Of a DNA stretch of 64,000 nt, positions 33,217 through 49,980 are shown one piece after another; the stretch's first letter is position 1, and each line of letters opens with the position of its first letter. Source of the stretch: the human T2T-CHM13v2.0 reference genome, Homo sapiens; NCBI RefSeq assembly GCF_009914755.1, contig NC_060927.1. One strand, 5' to 3'. The notes beneath the pieces were generated by a model that saw only the letters and a list, made by a program, of their open reading frames with translations, was not told the origin of the DNA and did no database searches. Both the position numbers and the translations under genes were made by a program.

Positions 33217-33448
33217 CTGCATTAGCAGGAATTCTTAATTTGGCAACCTAAGAATATTATAACAGAATCAAGGTCTGAAGGCATCAGAGGGTATTTTTAG
33301 ACTCTTCTATGGGGTCATGGTCTGCTCTTTTTAGGTGTGGATTTCACATATTAAAATTCAGTAACTAGTTTTCCAAACTTCATAAAGCCGGTAAGGCAGC
33401 AAGCATAATGAAAAAATGCTATGGGTCCCAAATTATAACAAAGGATAC

Positions 33449-33718
33449 CTTTTAATTTTAATTCCAATATTGTTTTCAATAATATTTCAACATGTTTCCT
33501 GTTGTGCCCTGGTATTCTTAGGCAGCCAGTTGTAAAAGGCTTCTTTGATTTGGCAGTAAAGAGCTCATAAAGGAATGAGCACTAAGTTATTCATTGCCCA
33601 TTAGCACAAATTGCAGGTTAGGTATCAGTCAAGTGAGGCAATGGATAACATTTCTTGTATATGTCTAAGAAACTTGTGAAACAGAATTTCCTGGCAGATT
33701 AAATTTAATTTAACCATA
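33449..33718 (-). pseudogene. Pseudo-exon (LPGNS/FHKFLRHIQEMLSIASLD...WLPKNTRAQQETC)
   Basis: tttttctttattcag| ... aaaag|gtatcc; 270 nt; several TGA/TAA stops. Confidence 0.65.
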
Positions 33719-34557
33719 CTGAATAAAGAAAAATTTCAGGGACTTTGTAAATGGATTTCTTAGAAGGATTTAAAAGTGGCTTAAGTTTTGCAGTTGAGTC
33801 TTTTTAAAAAAAAAAAAAATCTTAAATTATACTCTCAGCATTTTCATGCTAACACTCAGAGCAACCTCTTTATACTTCGAAGATTGTTTTAAAATGTAAT
33901 GAATTAGAATCAAGTTTGAACTTGTATCGGTAAATGCACTTACAAAATTAGGGAGAATTTTTTTCTTCAATGTACTAGTAAATCCAGAAAAGATTTTCAT
34001 TCTGATTCTGACTCATTCTAAGTAATCTAGGTAACTGTTGCAAGTATTTTGTACTGTTTGTGATTTATAAACCACGAGTGCTTTCTGATATGTTGATTGT
34101 ATCATGAAGTAGTGTTCCAATATTCAAATTTTGGAAGTGTGTATTTTAAATGTTTTTACTAATCAATCAAATAGGTTTTTTAAAAAGACTATTATTGGCT
34201 CTTAATGTTGCAGCAAATGCATTTTATTTGATTCCTGCTCAGTGGTTATATGGAATCAGATCCTGAGAGGTGGAAGATCCGTTCATTACTCATTTTCTGT
34301 GACCAACATTTGCTAACCATTTACACCAACCCCTTGGCTATTTCTATTTTGTAGAGAAGAAATCTAATCTAAGGCATAGAGATGTTGAATAATTTGCCCA
34401 AGCTCACACAGCACTTTAGTAACAAATTAGAATCTGTCTTCTGGAAATTTCAGGATGTGACTTAACCTACCAAATAATCTTAAAATACCAATACAGTGGC
34501 TGAAGATAGGAATGAATTATAGTTGATGCCATAGTGCAGAAATGTTGATGCTTGCTA

Positions 34558-35230
34558 ATGGCCATAATCAAAAAATAAAAAAAAAATAGATGTTAGCATG
34601 GATTTGGTGAAAAGGGAACACTGTTACTCTGCTGGTGGGAATGTAAACTAGTACAATCACTATGGAAAACAGTGTGAAGATTTCTTAAAGAACTAAAAGT
34701 AGAACTACCATTTGATCCAGCAATCCCACTACTGGGTATCTACCCAGAGGAAAAGACATCATTATACAAAAAAAGGTACTTGCACACGCGTGTTTATAGC
34801 AGCACAAATATGGAACCGGCCCATCAATCAACGAGTGGATAAAGAAGTTGTGGTTTATGTACCATGGAATACTGCTCAGTCATAAAAAGGAAAGAAAAAT
34901 GGCTTTTGCAGTAACTTGGATGGAATTGGAGACCATTATTCTAAGTGAAGTAACTCAGGAATGGAAAACCAAACATCGTATGTTCTCACTCATAAGTGGG
35001 AGCTAAGCTATGAAGATGCAGAGGCACAAGAATGATACAATGGACTTTGAGGACTTGACGGAAAGTGTGGGACGGGGTAAGGGATAAAAAACTATACATT
35101 GAGTGCAGTGTACACTGTTCAGGTGATGGGTGCACCAAAATCTCAGAAATCACCACTAAAGAACTTATTCATGTAACCAAACACCACCTCTTCCCCCAAA
35201 ACCTATTAAAATTAAGTTTTTTTAAAAAAA
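34558..35230 (+). mobile_element. 5'-truncated L1PB1-like 3' end
   Basis: L1PB 3'UTR; TSD tgttgatgcttgcta at 34543-34557 and 35235-35249. Confidence 0.9.
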
Positions 35231-35414
35231 GCAGTGTTGATGCTTGCTATATTTATGATTTTTCCCAAGAGGAAAAAAGAGGAAACTAAACAAAACAAGA
35301 AATATAAATGGCAAATTAACATATAAAATATGTACGCCCTCTCTAAGAACTAAAAAAAAAAGTAGATACACATAGAAAAAAAATTGTGCAAGGATACACA
35401 GTACTTAATAATAG

Positions 35415-35764
<350 letters not shown>

Positions 35765-36267
35765 TAATTTAAACATTTTTATATTGTTTATATTTGTTAC
35801 AGTCAAAAAGTATGATAGTCAAGAAATGTCTATTGTTTACTTCTACAGTGTGCCAGCACTGTTTTTAGAATACATCAGTGAACAAAACAAAAGTTCTTGT
35901 TGCCACAAAGATTACATTCAGCTTTCATTATACTGGATTTTTTTAAATGGCTGAGGAAAATGTAATTCAAGTTTAATTTAAACAACTGCAGCAGAAAAAA
36001 ATTAGTGGAGGGAACTGCTCTCTCAAACAATACAAGTTACAGTGAGGTGCTTTTATTTGTTTGTTTGTTTGTTTATAATGATTGGGAGAACAAAAACCCA
36101 GGTAAAGGTAGAAAAATAGACAAAACAAAAACGAATTTCAGTGATAGATAATCTGGCAACATATAAACTATTTTTATCTCCAATAGTAGCCATGTTTTAT
36201 AATTTCACAATTATCTAAAACATGAATCATAAAATTTAAAATAAACCAAGAATACAGGTCATGGTTC

Positions 36268-36574
36268 TTATTTATTTATTTATTTTTATTTCTGAAACAG
36301 AGTCTCGCTCTGTCGCCCAGGCTGGAGTACAGTAGCATGATCTTGGCTCACTGCAACCTCCGTCTCCCAGGTTCAAACAATTTTCCTGCCTCAGCTTCCT
36401 GGATAGCTGGGATTACAGGTGTGTGCCACCACGCCCAGCTAATTTTTGTATTTTTAGTAGAGACAGGGTTTTGCCATGTTGGCCAGGCTGGTCTCAAACT
36501 CCCAACCTCAGGTGATCCACCCATCTGGGCCTCCTAAAGTGCTGGGATTACAGGCATGAGCCACCACACCCAGC
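36268..36574 (-). mobile_element. AluS
   Basis: Alu consensus. Confidence 0.95.
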
Positions 36575-36873
36575 CTATGGTTTGTATGTATAGTAGAATA
36601 TGGTTTCTGTAGTGCCTTTGAGAGAGATTTATCTTTTTGTAACTTGAGCAGAAACAGAAGGATGACAGAAGGAGAAGAAACCCATGAAAGAAATGAAAGA
36701 ATAGCAAAACACAGTCTTAACTGAGCCTTTAAATCTTAACCCAACTGGTTCAGGTAATTTGATGAAGGAGGTATTGTAAATATTCCAGAACAGGGGCGTT
36801 GACTGCATTGCAACTGAATAAACCAAGGGGCCAAGTGATTGCTTCAAAATCTCCCATTAATTAAAAATTTATC

Positions 36874-37179
<306 letters not shown>

Positions 37180-37465
37180 TTACTACAGTGACTCATATTT
37201 CTAATTAAATATTTTCCATTATCAAAAAGGTGGCCTATATTTTTAACTCTTAGAAGATACTTGTTTTTATTTATGAGCACATACCTATTTTTCAAATGTC
37301 TTTCAGACATTTACATGTACACCATACCATTTATTATGTGGTTTCAAATTTAATTTTACAATTGATTTTAAATTTATACTTAAAAATTTTCTCTGCTGCA
37401 TGATGCATTTTATATGAATATGATTTTTAAGGCTGTAACAAAGTTTTGAAAATGCTAAATCGTAC

Positions 37466-37974
<509 letters not shown>

Positions 37975-38159
37975 ACGTATGTTTTTTGTGATATATATAT
38001 ATATAAAATATATGGTTTTTTCCCTCCATTTATTTAACTAGTGAATGAAGAAAAAAATGGAAGTAACACTAGTGGAGAAAAATCTCTTAAAAATAAGAAG
38101 AAAGCAATGAACACTTTTAGTATATTTAATATTGTTTTGGGTTTTTTTGTTTTTACGTT

Positions 38160-38438
38160 TTTTGGTTTTTGAGACAGGGTGTCACTCCGTTGCCCAGACC
38201 AAAGTGCAGGGGCACAATCATAGCTCACTGCAGCCTCAAACTCCTGGGCTCAAGTGATCCTCCTGAGTACCTGGGACTACAGACAAGCACCAACACACCC
38301 GGTAATTTTTCTATTTTTTGCAGAGACAGGGTCTCGCCATTTTGCCAAGACTGGTCTCAAACTCCTGGCCTCAAACAATCCTTTTTCCTTGGCCTCCCAA
38401 AGTGCTAGGATTACAGACATGAGCCACCATGCCCAGCC
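38160..38438 (-). mobile_element. AluJ
   Basis: Alu consensus. Confidence 0.9.
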
Positions 38439-38487
38439 AATATTGTTTTTTTCAAATGTTAACACTTGCCAGTATTCCACATTTTTA

Positions 38488-39824
<1,337 letters not shown>

Positions 39825-40040
39825 TAAAAGGTTTAACATCTCTACCAAAAGCCTTTAAATTATATTTTCCATATGCTCAAGCACGTCAATTCCATTTCTA
39901 TCTTCCTGGAACCCTCTTAGGAGGTCTCCTTCTTTCTGGACCCTGGGCTGGCTGGGCCCTGGCCTATTGCTCTTCTGTCGTCCTGAGCCTCACCACTCCT
40001 CGGTGTTGTATACCCTATACCCTGTTTGGGGGATCTCCTG

Positions 40041-40230
40041 TCTTCTTCTTCCTCCTCTTCTTCCTCCTTCTTCCTTCTTCTTCCTCCGTCTTCTTCTTCT
40101 CTCTTTCTCCTTCTCCTTCTTCCGTCTCCTTCTTCTTCTTCCCCCTTCTTCTTCCCCTTTCTTCTCTCTTCTTTTTCTCCCTTCCTCCTTCCTCCTTCCT
40201 CCTTCTCCTCCTCCTCTTCTTCTTCTTTTT
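40041..40230. repeat. Imperfect (CTT/CCT)n polypyrimidine tract
   Basis: Directly visible. Confidence 0.95.
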
Positions 40231-40242
40231 TTAAAAATTTAC

Positions 40243-40470
40243 TCCTTCCTTTTGATGAAGCATTTCTCTAGTAGTGTCCTAATAAAAGTTACTTGGGAGC
40301 GTACTTGGAACATTTTGTTCTTCAGTGAAAAATTATGCATTGTTTAGAGCACACCTTTCCAAATTATCTGATTCTGATTATACAGAGGCTCAGTGCCTTT
40401 CATTACCTTTGAGCTATTTTACAACTCTGTAAATTGTGGATAACTGATAGCAATGCAAAATAATTCTTAT
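40243..40470 (-). pseudogene. Pseudo-exon (DKNYFALLSVIHNLQSCKIAQR**KALSLCIIRI...)
   Basis: ttattgtgtgtctatag| acceptor; possible donors at 40406 (aag|gtaatg) or 40242. Confidence 0.6.
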
Positions 40471-40709
40471 CTATAGACACACAATAAACAATTCACATCC
40501 CTCTACCCACCTCCACAAAAAGAAAACAGCTTAATATCTATTTGCAAATATTTTTCAAAATTCCCTTATTCCATATAAATTTGTGCTTCTTTGAATTCTC
40601 CTTTAAACTGGCTGTAAAATCTTACTGGTTCCTTCATTAACAATGAGTTAAGTAAGATATTTAGCACATGTTCATTTTATATCTGTATGTATGAGAGTCA
40701 TGATTTTAC

Positions 40710-40760
40710 CTTTTCTGAAGTTATTCTTTAACAGAAGTATATGTTTCAAGCTACTATAGT
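40710..40760 (-). pseudogene. Pseudo-exon (DYSSLKHILLLKNNFRK)
   Basis: ggtttttcag| ... gaaaag|gtaaaa; 51 nt; in phase with both neighbours. Confidence 0.65.
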
Positions 40761-40951
40761 CTGAAAAACCTTCGTACTTTACTGATAGATTGGCTGGTTA
40801 TAAAATTATAGGTTAAAAATCCAATGCCAAAAAGAACAAAGAAAAAATAAAACTAGTATCTTTGAATGAGGGATCATCAAGAAGATGAAATTCAGAGTTA
40901 TCACTTGTGTCAGTGTAAATTACATATTATTCTCCAAAAACTTCATCTTAC

Positions 40952-41049
40952 CAATAACATTCTTTTCCCTAAAATGATAACTCTTAATATAGAAGGGAAA
41001 CTTTCTATTTTCTAGCCATGGCAAAAAAAAAGATTTCACAAAGCAAGAT
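40952..41049 (-). pseudogene. Pseudo-exon (FFLPWLENRKFPFYIKSYHFREKNVI)
   Basis: tttatttcttttgcag| ... tattg|gtaaga; 98 nt; W-L-E-x-x-K-F-P-F-Y-x-K-S motif; T9 run is a probable frameshift site. Confidence 0.7.
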
Positions 41050-41180
41050 CTGCAAAAGAAATAAAATAAATGTATAAGTGACACCAGAAAACAAAATTAT
41101 AACAAAATATCAAGACTACTTGGATGCATTAACAATTTTTTTAAGTTCTCAAACCATATCTGAAGTGGTCATATATTAAC

Positions 41181-41236
41181 CTGGTCTTTCTCATGAGATG
41201 TGCTAAGCCAATCCTCATTTAAACAAACAATATGAC
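41181..41236 (-). pseudogene. Candidate pseudo-exon (HIVCLNEDWLSTSHEKDQ)
   Basis: ctcttatttatag| ... accag|gttaat; 56 nt. Confidence 0.55.
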
Positions 41237-41422
41237 CTATAAATAAGAGTATTATGGTTACTGTCTTAATAGAAAGCTTGCACACTATTTAATTAGTGAA
41301 CTTGAGAATTCAAAGGAAAATTAAACACTCAAGTATTATTTCATCTTTCTCTTCATTTATTCTGCTCTTTACTCCCTAGGAAGGGGACAATGAATCCACA
41401 TAGTTCTAAAAATTTTACTCTA

Positions 41423-41815
<393 letters not shown>

Positions 41816-41907
41816 TTAGCACCTAGCCAACGCTTACCATGTTTATGTATTCCAAACACGTTTAGTTGATGAATGAATTTTAAAAACTGCTTTTATAAGA
41901 ATTTTTC

Positions 41908-42045
41908 GGCAGGGCGCCATGGCTCACGCCTGTAATCCCAGCACTTTGGGAGGCTGCAGTGAGCCGAGATCGTGCCAGTGCACTCCAGTCTGGGTGACAG
42001 AGCAAGACTCCCTCTCAAAAAAAAAAAATAATAATAATAGTAATA
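41908..42045 (+). mobile_element. Internally deleted Alu (left-arm start fused to right-arm end)
   Basis: cactttgggaggc|tgcagtgagccgag junction. Confidence 0.9.
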
Positions 42046-42361
42046 ATTTTTCTTAAATGTAGAAGATCATAATTGAAATTTTAAAAAATCTAAACAAGAG
42101 AGAATTGAAAGTCTTTCCTTAGTCTGCATACAAATGTGTATTTGATTACATTTCTTAGGTTAACCAATATAGTTAATAATGTTTGGGATAAGGGAAAAAA
42201 CTTTTCTATAGGTAAGAGCGTCACTTGATACAGTGGACTGGATCCAATACACCTCCTTCATCCCCTGCTCCCATGGTTTCTTTAGAGCAGTGTGTCATTA
42301 TCATTACTACAACTCTTTTTAGTCATTAGTTTATTCACAGAAAACAGAATGAAAGACTCAC

Positions 42362-42412
42362 AAGAGAAAAACAAACAAAACACTTAATCGAGGTCAAATG
42401 ACTCATTAAATC
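42362..42412 (-). pseudogene. Candidate pseudo-exon (FNESFDLD*VFCLFFS)
   Basis: gttttgtgtttttag| ... ctctt|gtgagt; 51 nt; strong splice sites. Confidence 0.6.
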
Positions 42413-42494
42413 CTAAAAACACAAAACAGCATTCTCTTTGTACCTTCCATTGGATGAGATGTCTTCTTTCCCATTTTTACCCAACTGCACCTAC

Positions 42495-42648
42495 TTGATT
42501 TAACATTTTTTAAATAGAAGTATCTTCCTCTCAACATATCCACGTATATATTTAAAGCAAAACAATTTTAATCAAATTCACATGCAGATTATATGGGCTC
42601 CCGCCAATTCCTCTTATCATAATCGACCAGAACAGTGGTACTGCCATG
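42495..42648 (-). pseudogene. Candidate pseudo-exon (MAVPLFWSIMIRG...YTWIC/ERKILLFKK)
   Basis: ctataaag| ... aatcaa|gtaggt; 154 nt; one stop then a frameshift. Confidence 0.5.
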
Positions 42649-42950
42649 CTTTATAGAGTTTTAGAATAATTTTCTTTGATGCACATTTCATATAATTATA
42701 AAATGATATGGGCTGTTTAAAAATATGTTTTATAAAACCAATTCCCTCCCCTGTCTTATTAACTCGTGAAAGTACTGAATAGTAAAATTTTTGAAAGTTA
42801 TTTGTTGCCCATCATTTTGGCTTTGAAATTTCCTTTATGTTGGAAATTGAACAAAACACTATTAAATTTCACCTGTGTTTCTAAGTAGTTTTACTTCTTA
42901 TCCCAAATATAATAAACAAGTACTACAAAATACATATCATCTGTAGTTAC

Positions 42951-43009
42951 CTTTCAAAATGCCTCATCAAAATTAGCAAAGGCAATTCATGTCCAAACAG
43001 AAAATAACT
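42951..43009 (-). pseudogene. Candidate pseudo-exon (SYFLFGHELPLLILMRHFE)
   Basis: ttttcaattttaccatag| ... gaaag|gtaact; 59 nt, open frame, phase-compatible with the next exon. Confidence 0.55.
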
Positions 43010-43076
43010 CTATGGTAAAATTGAAAAGTGCCGATTTTTTTTTAGTTTGTAAATCATCTTTAAAAACTTAAATGTT

Positions 43077-43428
<352 letters not shown>

Positions 43429-43518
43429 CTAAACTAACATGTAATGGAGCAGTAGTAATTAAAACAATCTTATCCATACAATTGAACAATATGCACCAAT
43501 AAAAGGAATGGAATAGGA

Positions 43519-44080
43519 CCACAGTTCCCAAATTTTGTGCCACAGGCACCAGGACATGGCAGTGAATTTACAGGAGTGCTATGGGATACTTTTTTTTTTT
43601 TGAGACAGAGTCTCAGTCTGTCACCCAGGCTGGACTGCAGTAGCACAATCTTGGCTTACTACAACCTCTGCCTCCTGGGTTCAAGTGATTCTCCTGCCTC
43701 AGCCTTCTGAGTAGCTGGGATTACAGGAGCGCACCACCACGCCAGCTAATTTTTGTATTTTTAGTAGAGACAGGGTTGCACCATGTTGGCTGGGCTAGTC
43801 TCGAACTCCTGATATCAAGTGATTTGCCCACCTCGGCCTCCCAGAGTGCTGGGATTACAGGCACGAGCCACGGTGCCTGGCCATTTTACGTTTTTAAAAT
43901 AAACATTGTGACACTTGACATCTGTTAGGCATTGTGCAAACTACTGTCAAGGTAGTTGATAGTTCATACATTAGACTATCCTACATTCTATTCCATGATG
44001 TTATAACCTTGCACGCATGGGGTTTTCAGTGATTGATGTGACAAAAACAAAAATCAAACAGGAAATACGGGTAGTAGTAT
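43519..44080 (+). mobile_element. MER119-like hAT-Charlie element split by an antisense AluS (43590-43882)
   Basis: cagttcccaaa..gccacaggcacc and cttgacatctgttaggc..aaggtagttgatagtt match the recalled consensus. Confidence 0.6.
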
Positions 44081-44316
44081 ATTTTATTAGGGATATTAAT
44101 TACATATGTAAAACCCCTTCACCTTTGCCACATTCTATTGGTTACAAGCAAGTTCCAGGTTCTACCCACACAAAAACATGGATACCAGGGAGCAGAATCA
44201 GGAGGGGTATCTTAGAATTCTGTCTACCACAATATACAGAGTGCAGAACCTACTGGTGACTGAAAATCTGTGAAACACAGCTTTAACCAACCAACTCTCT
44301 CTAGACTGTTTCTTCT

Positions 44317-44780
44317 ATTCATTCATTCATTCATTCATTCATTCATCTATCCATTCATTCATCTGACTTATGTAAGGAACTTACAGCCAGGCACATAGTA
44401 AACTGATCATAAGTGTCGACTACCATTATTTTTATTTTTTTATGTTTTAAACAACAACTGAAGATCGTATATGCTCAATGCTAGGTAGCGGAAGGGAATA
44501 CAAAGGAAAATAAGACTGATCTCTGTTTAAATTCTGGGAATGAAGGTGGAGGACAGCCACATAAATAAGCGATAACAATTCAATGGACTATGCAATATTA
44601 CAACTCTGCACCATGTAAGATGGGTGTTCAAAGAAGGAATGCCAATTCTGCACTACGTCAGTGGTGCCTTTATAGAGCAGAAGACAATTTAGTGGCATCT
44701 TGAAGATACTGTAGTTTGGCTGATAGTCAAGGAAGGAGATGTTTCAAACCTAAGAACAACATGAAAAATGACCACAGTGT
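44317..44780. mobile_element. (ATTC)n plus L2 fragments
   Basis: TCAT repeat typical of the L2 3' end; degenerate L2. Confidence 0.55.
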
Positions 44781-45065
44781 GAAAAAGCAAAATTCAGCCC
44801 AGTTTAAGCTTTTCCCTTTATTCACACAGAATTTGAAAATATTTCTACTTCATTGTATTATACCACGTAACTGTTTGCAACATTTTGTACTCATTATTTT
44901 TCATCAACTCACATGCTCTTTGAAGAAGTTTTAAAAATATACAGATCAACTATACTTGGTATTTAATAAGTAATTAATGAATGGGGAGATGGATTTGGGA
45001 TTGAATTGGGAATAATACCATAAGCCACACTAAGAGGTCTGGAATTAATATATTTGTGAAAGGTA

Positions 45066-45292
45066 GCTGTGAGGTAATGTTAAGAACAAAGACCGTAGAG
45101 TCAATCTACCTGGCTCTGCCAAATTACTGATCTTGGGCAAATTATTTAACCTCTCTATGCTCTGGTTTTTGCATTTGTAAAATTGGAATGAAAATAATGG
45201 CTGCTTCAAAAGGGTTGATGCAAAGATTAAATTAAATAATATAAAGTACTTAGAAGAATATCTGGCATATATTATATGTTCAATAAATGTTT
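45066..45292 (+). mobile_element. MIR
   Basis: ttgggcaaattatttaacctctct...tttgtaaaattggaat core. Confidence 0.85.
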
Positions 45293-45376
45293 AAAATGAT
45301 GATAATATGATGAATTGATAGTGTCAGATAACAAACAAGAAATCATGTGTTTAGAAGTAAGATCATTTGACTAAGG

Positions 45377-45891
45377 TTTTTTTTTTTTTTTTGCAGTTTT
45401 TACATTTTTATTTAAACACAAAACATGCATATGAGCTGTCTACTCATTTTCTTTGCTGTGCAGCCTGGCATTGGGGTTGGTGACTCTGATGGCCAGCTGG
45501 GCAGCTCTTTCCACCAAGGCTTTGCATTTCTTGGAGGAAACTGTGAGCGATCTCAGCACAGTAAGATTTGTTGCACATCAGCAGCACTTCCAGCTCCTTG
45601 GTGTTGTGGACCAGGAACTTCCAGAAACCACTGGGCAGCATGTGCTTTGTTTTTTTGTTGTTCCCATAACCAATGTTGGGCATCAAGATCTGGCCCTTGA
45701 ACCTTCTATGAACCCTGTTGTCAGCACCTCTGGGTTTCTGCCAGTTAGGCTTAATTTTGACATATCGGTCAGACTGGTGCCAGATGAACTTCTTGGTTCT
45801 CTTTTTGAGGATCTTGGGCTTCATAAGGGGTCTGAGGGCAGCCATGATTCCGAGGAGGAGATGACTGCCACCTCCGTAGGTAGTGCCCAGG
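45377..45891 (-). pseudogene. RPL32: RPL32 processed pseudogene
   Basis: [21 protein letters not shown]... from ATG 45845; intronless; 5'UTR, AATAAA and poly-A present; 2-nt deletion frameshift after AEIAH. Confidence 0.97.
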
Positions 45892-45904
45892 TTGGGGTTT
45901 TTAA

Positions 45905-46408
<504 letters not shown>

Positions 46409-46852
46409 TAAAAAGAGAATTCTTATCAGTAGAGAGGGATAAAGACTGAAAAATCACAATGGAGAAGGCAGAAACCAGTTAAAGAGCTACTGCAAGCATA
46501 GAGAAGAGATGAGTAGAAACTGAAGGAATACAATGAGAGTGTAGATAAAGAGATAAAATTGAGATATTTAAAATGTCGAAGTAATGAGGCCTACTAGGTA
46601 GAGATGTGATAAGAAATGAGGAGAGATTCATAGGTAAATTTAAGTTTTTACTTAAAGAAAACCTTATGAACAATTGGGTACATAATGATGCCATTAGTTA
46701 ACATAGAACATAGAGGAAGATCCCTTTATCTGTGGAGGGAGATAAGTTCTTTTTGGAAAAAATTGTATTTGAGGTGTCTTCAAAACTTGCAATGAAGATT
46801 TTAGAGAAGATTAAATTTTGGGAGTCTGTAGTGAATGTTCAGCATTTAAGAC

Positions 46853-47372
46853 TGTCGGATATAAAAATGCTCTAGAAATAAATGCTCGGTGCCACAAAGT
46901 GAAACCAGCACTCAGGCAAAAGTTTTCTCAGCAAGGCAATTTACTTCTGCAGAAGGGTGCCACTCACATCAATCAAGATAGCAAGAGCACATGGAACAAA
47001 GGAGAGCAGGGGGTTTTTATCTCTGACGTGTAGTCCTTACCTCTGTGTCACTCCCCAATGGGCTGGGGTCAGACCACACAATCTGAACTGACCTAATTGG
47101 CTACTTTCAAATATCTTTCTAAATATGGAAGGGAAGGGGGATGTGAGGTACAGTGGTAAAGCATGTGAGACGTGTAGTTTTGGGCAAACAATGGGTGCAG
47201 GTAACCAAGGAAACAGATGTGAGTTATTGATTAGAGCTGACGAGAAGGGGGTAGGCTGTTTAGAGTAACTAGGGGCGAGGAGGCAGGTAGAACAAGAAAG
47301 TTAGGTTTGGGAACAAAGAACCAGGAAGTTAGCAGGCTAAACCTTTGAGGAGAAACTTTATTGTATCCTACA
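46853..47372 (-). mobile_element. Solo LTR10 (LTR10B-like, HERV-I/ERV1)
   Basis: Reverse complement TGTAGGATACAATAAA...TATATCCGACA; 520 bp; flanks agac/agat. Confidence 0.82.
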
Positions 47373-47526
47373 AGATCAGGAAAACATGAGATTTTTTAGG
47401 GAAAGTTTATATGAGGAGAAACTATAAAAGAGTAAATGCAATTTATAGGAGGACTATTTTGAAAAAAAATAAAAAGAGGCTACATGGTGTAAATTACAGA
47501 GCACAGGAGACTATATTATTGTATTA

Positions 47527-47918
<392 letters not shown>

Positions 47919-48013
47919 CTAGATATAAACTCCCCTGGAGCAAAGATGCAAAGATTTCTGTTTTGGCATGACATTATCTTGCCCAGTACTTCATTCATTA
48001 TAAGTTCTAAGTA

Positions 48014-48504
<491 letters not shown>

Positions 48505-48736
48505 CCATGAATAGATATACCTAATCTATGTAACAACATGGAAAATGCTTAATAATACGTGTACAAAAAATAAAGCAGAATATAAGTTGATCCTCTGGTG
48601 TGTACTGGAGTTTGAAAAAAAAAAGCTGATCAGCAGTATGATTATAATTTTGTAAAATTTATATGTGCAAATAGATAAGAAGTCAAGGCTTAAATGAAAA
48701 TAGTTTGTTAGGGTGATTAAAATACTGCTCCCCCAA

Positions 48737-49002
<266 letters not shown>

Positions 49003-49079
49003 TCAACCCCAACCACTTATTTGGAATTCCATTCATAATGTAATTTAATAAGAAAGAGAACTGTTAAAACATTTTTAAA

Positions 49080-49980
49080 ATTTTATTTATTTACTTTAGA
49101 GACAGGGTCTTGCTCTGTTGCCTGGGCTGAAGTACAGTGGCATGATCATAGCTCACTGCAACCTTGAACTCCAGGTCTCAAGTGATCTTCCTGCCTCAGC
49201 CTCCTGAGTAGCTGGGATGACAAGCACATGCCACCACACCTGACTAATTTTTTAAGAAATTTTTTGTAGAGATGGTGTCTTGCCATGTTGCCCAAGTTGG
49301 TATTGAAATGTTTTTGACCAGAAGGCAGGATCACTGACCTCTATAGCAGGCTTGAGTCTATTGTGGTTACCTTAGGCTAGCCAATTCACCTCTTTGAGGT
49401 AGTGCCATTATGCCAAAACATGAAAAAGATGATTTCAGATATAACCAGGTGGAATGGAGACAGTAATAAAGGGGACAGTATTCTAGTAAGAATATGAAGG
49501 CTCCCAAGGAGCAAGATGACCGAAGCATAGAGTATAAGCGAGACATGGCAAGAGTTGAGCTCGGCCTAGAGACTCCTGGCAAACAATAAAGGGATTTATG
49601 TTTTATCCTCTGTCGTTTCAGCTATTTGGGTGGCTGAGATGGGAGAATCACTTGAGCCCAGGAGTTTGTATTTAGCCTAAGCAACAGAGTAAGACCCTTT
49701 CTAAAAAAAAGAAAAAGGAAAAAAAATGTTATTCTAAGGACAATGGGAATCCATTACAGGTAGAATAAAGCAAGCTGTGGCTCTTAGAAGACCAGAAGAT
49801 CATGTGAGGAAGCATAAGGTTTTATCAAAACTTAGAGTTTACTCGAGAGGCTGAGGTGGGAGGATGACTTGAGCCCAGGAGGTCTCGGCTGCAGTGAGCC
49901 TTGATTGAGCCACTGCACTCCAACCTGGCTGACAGAGACCCTATCTCAAATTGTTTTTTAAAAAAGCAAAAACAAAAACA
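49080..49980. mobile_element. AluJ (-) 49080-49306, L2 fragments, Alu monomer pieces (+) at 49620-49726 and 49840-49980
   Basis: Consensus fragments. Confidence 0.75.

Noticed and set aside
36652-36753. Plus-strand exon-like segment (gagcag| ... ttcag|gtaatt) and overlapping minus ORF 36629-36847
   Set aside because: Stops in all three plus frames and no partner exons. The minus ORF lacks a good acceptor or a convincing motif, so it is left unassigned.
49367-49582. Minus-strand ORF with splice-like ends
   Set aside because: Lies in L2-like sequence; no family motif.
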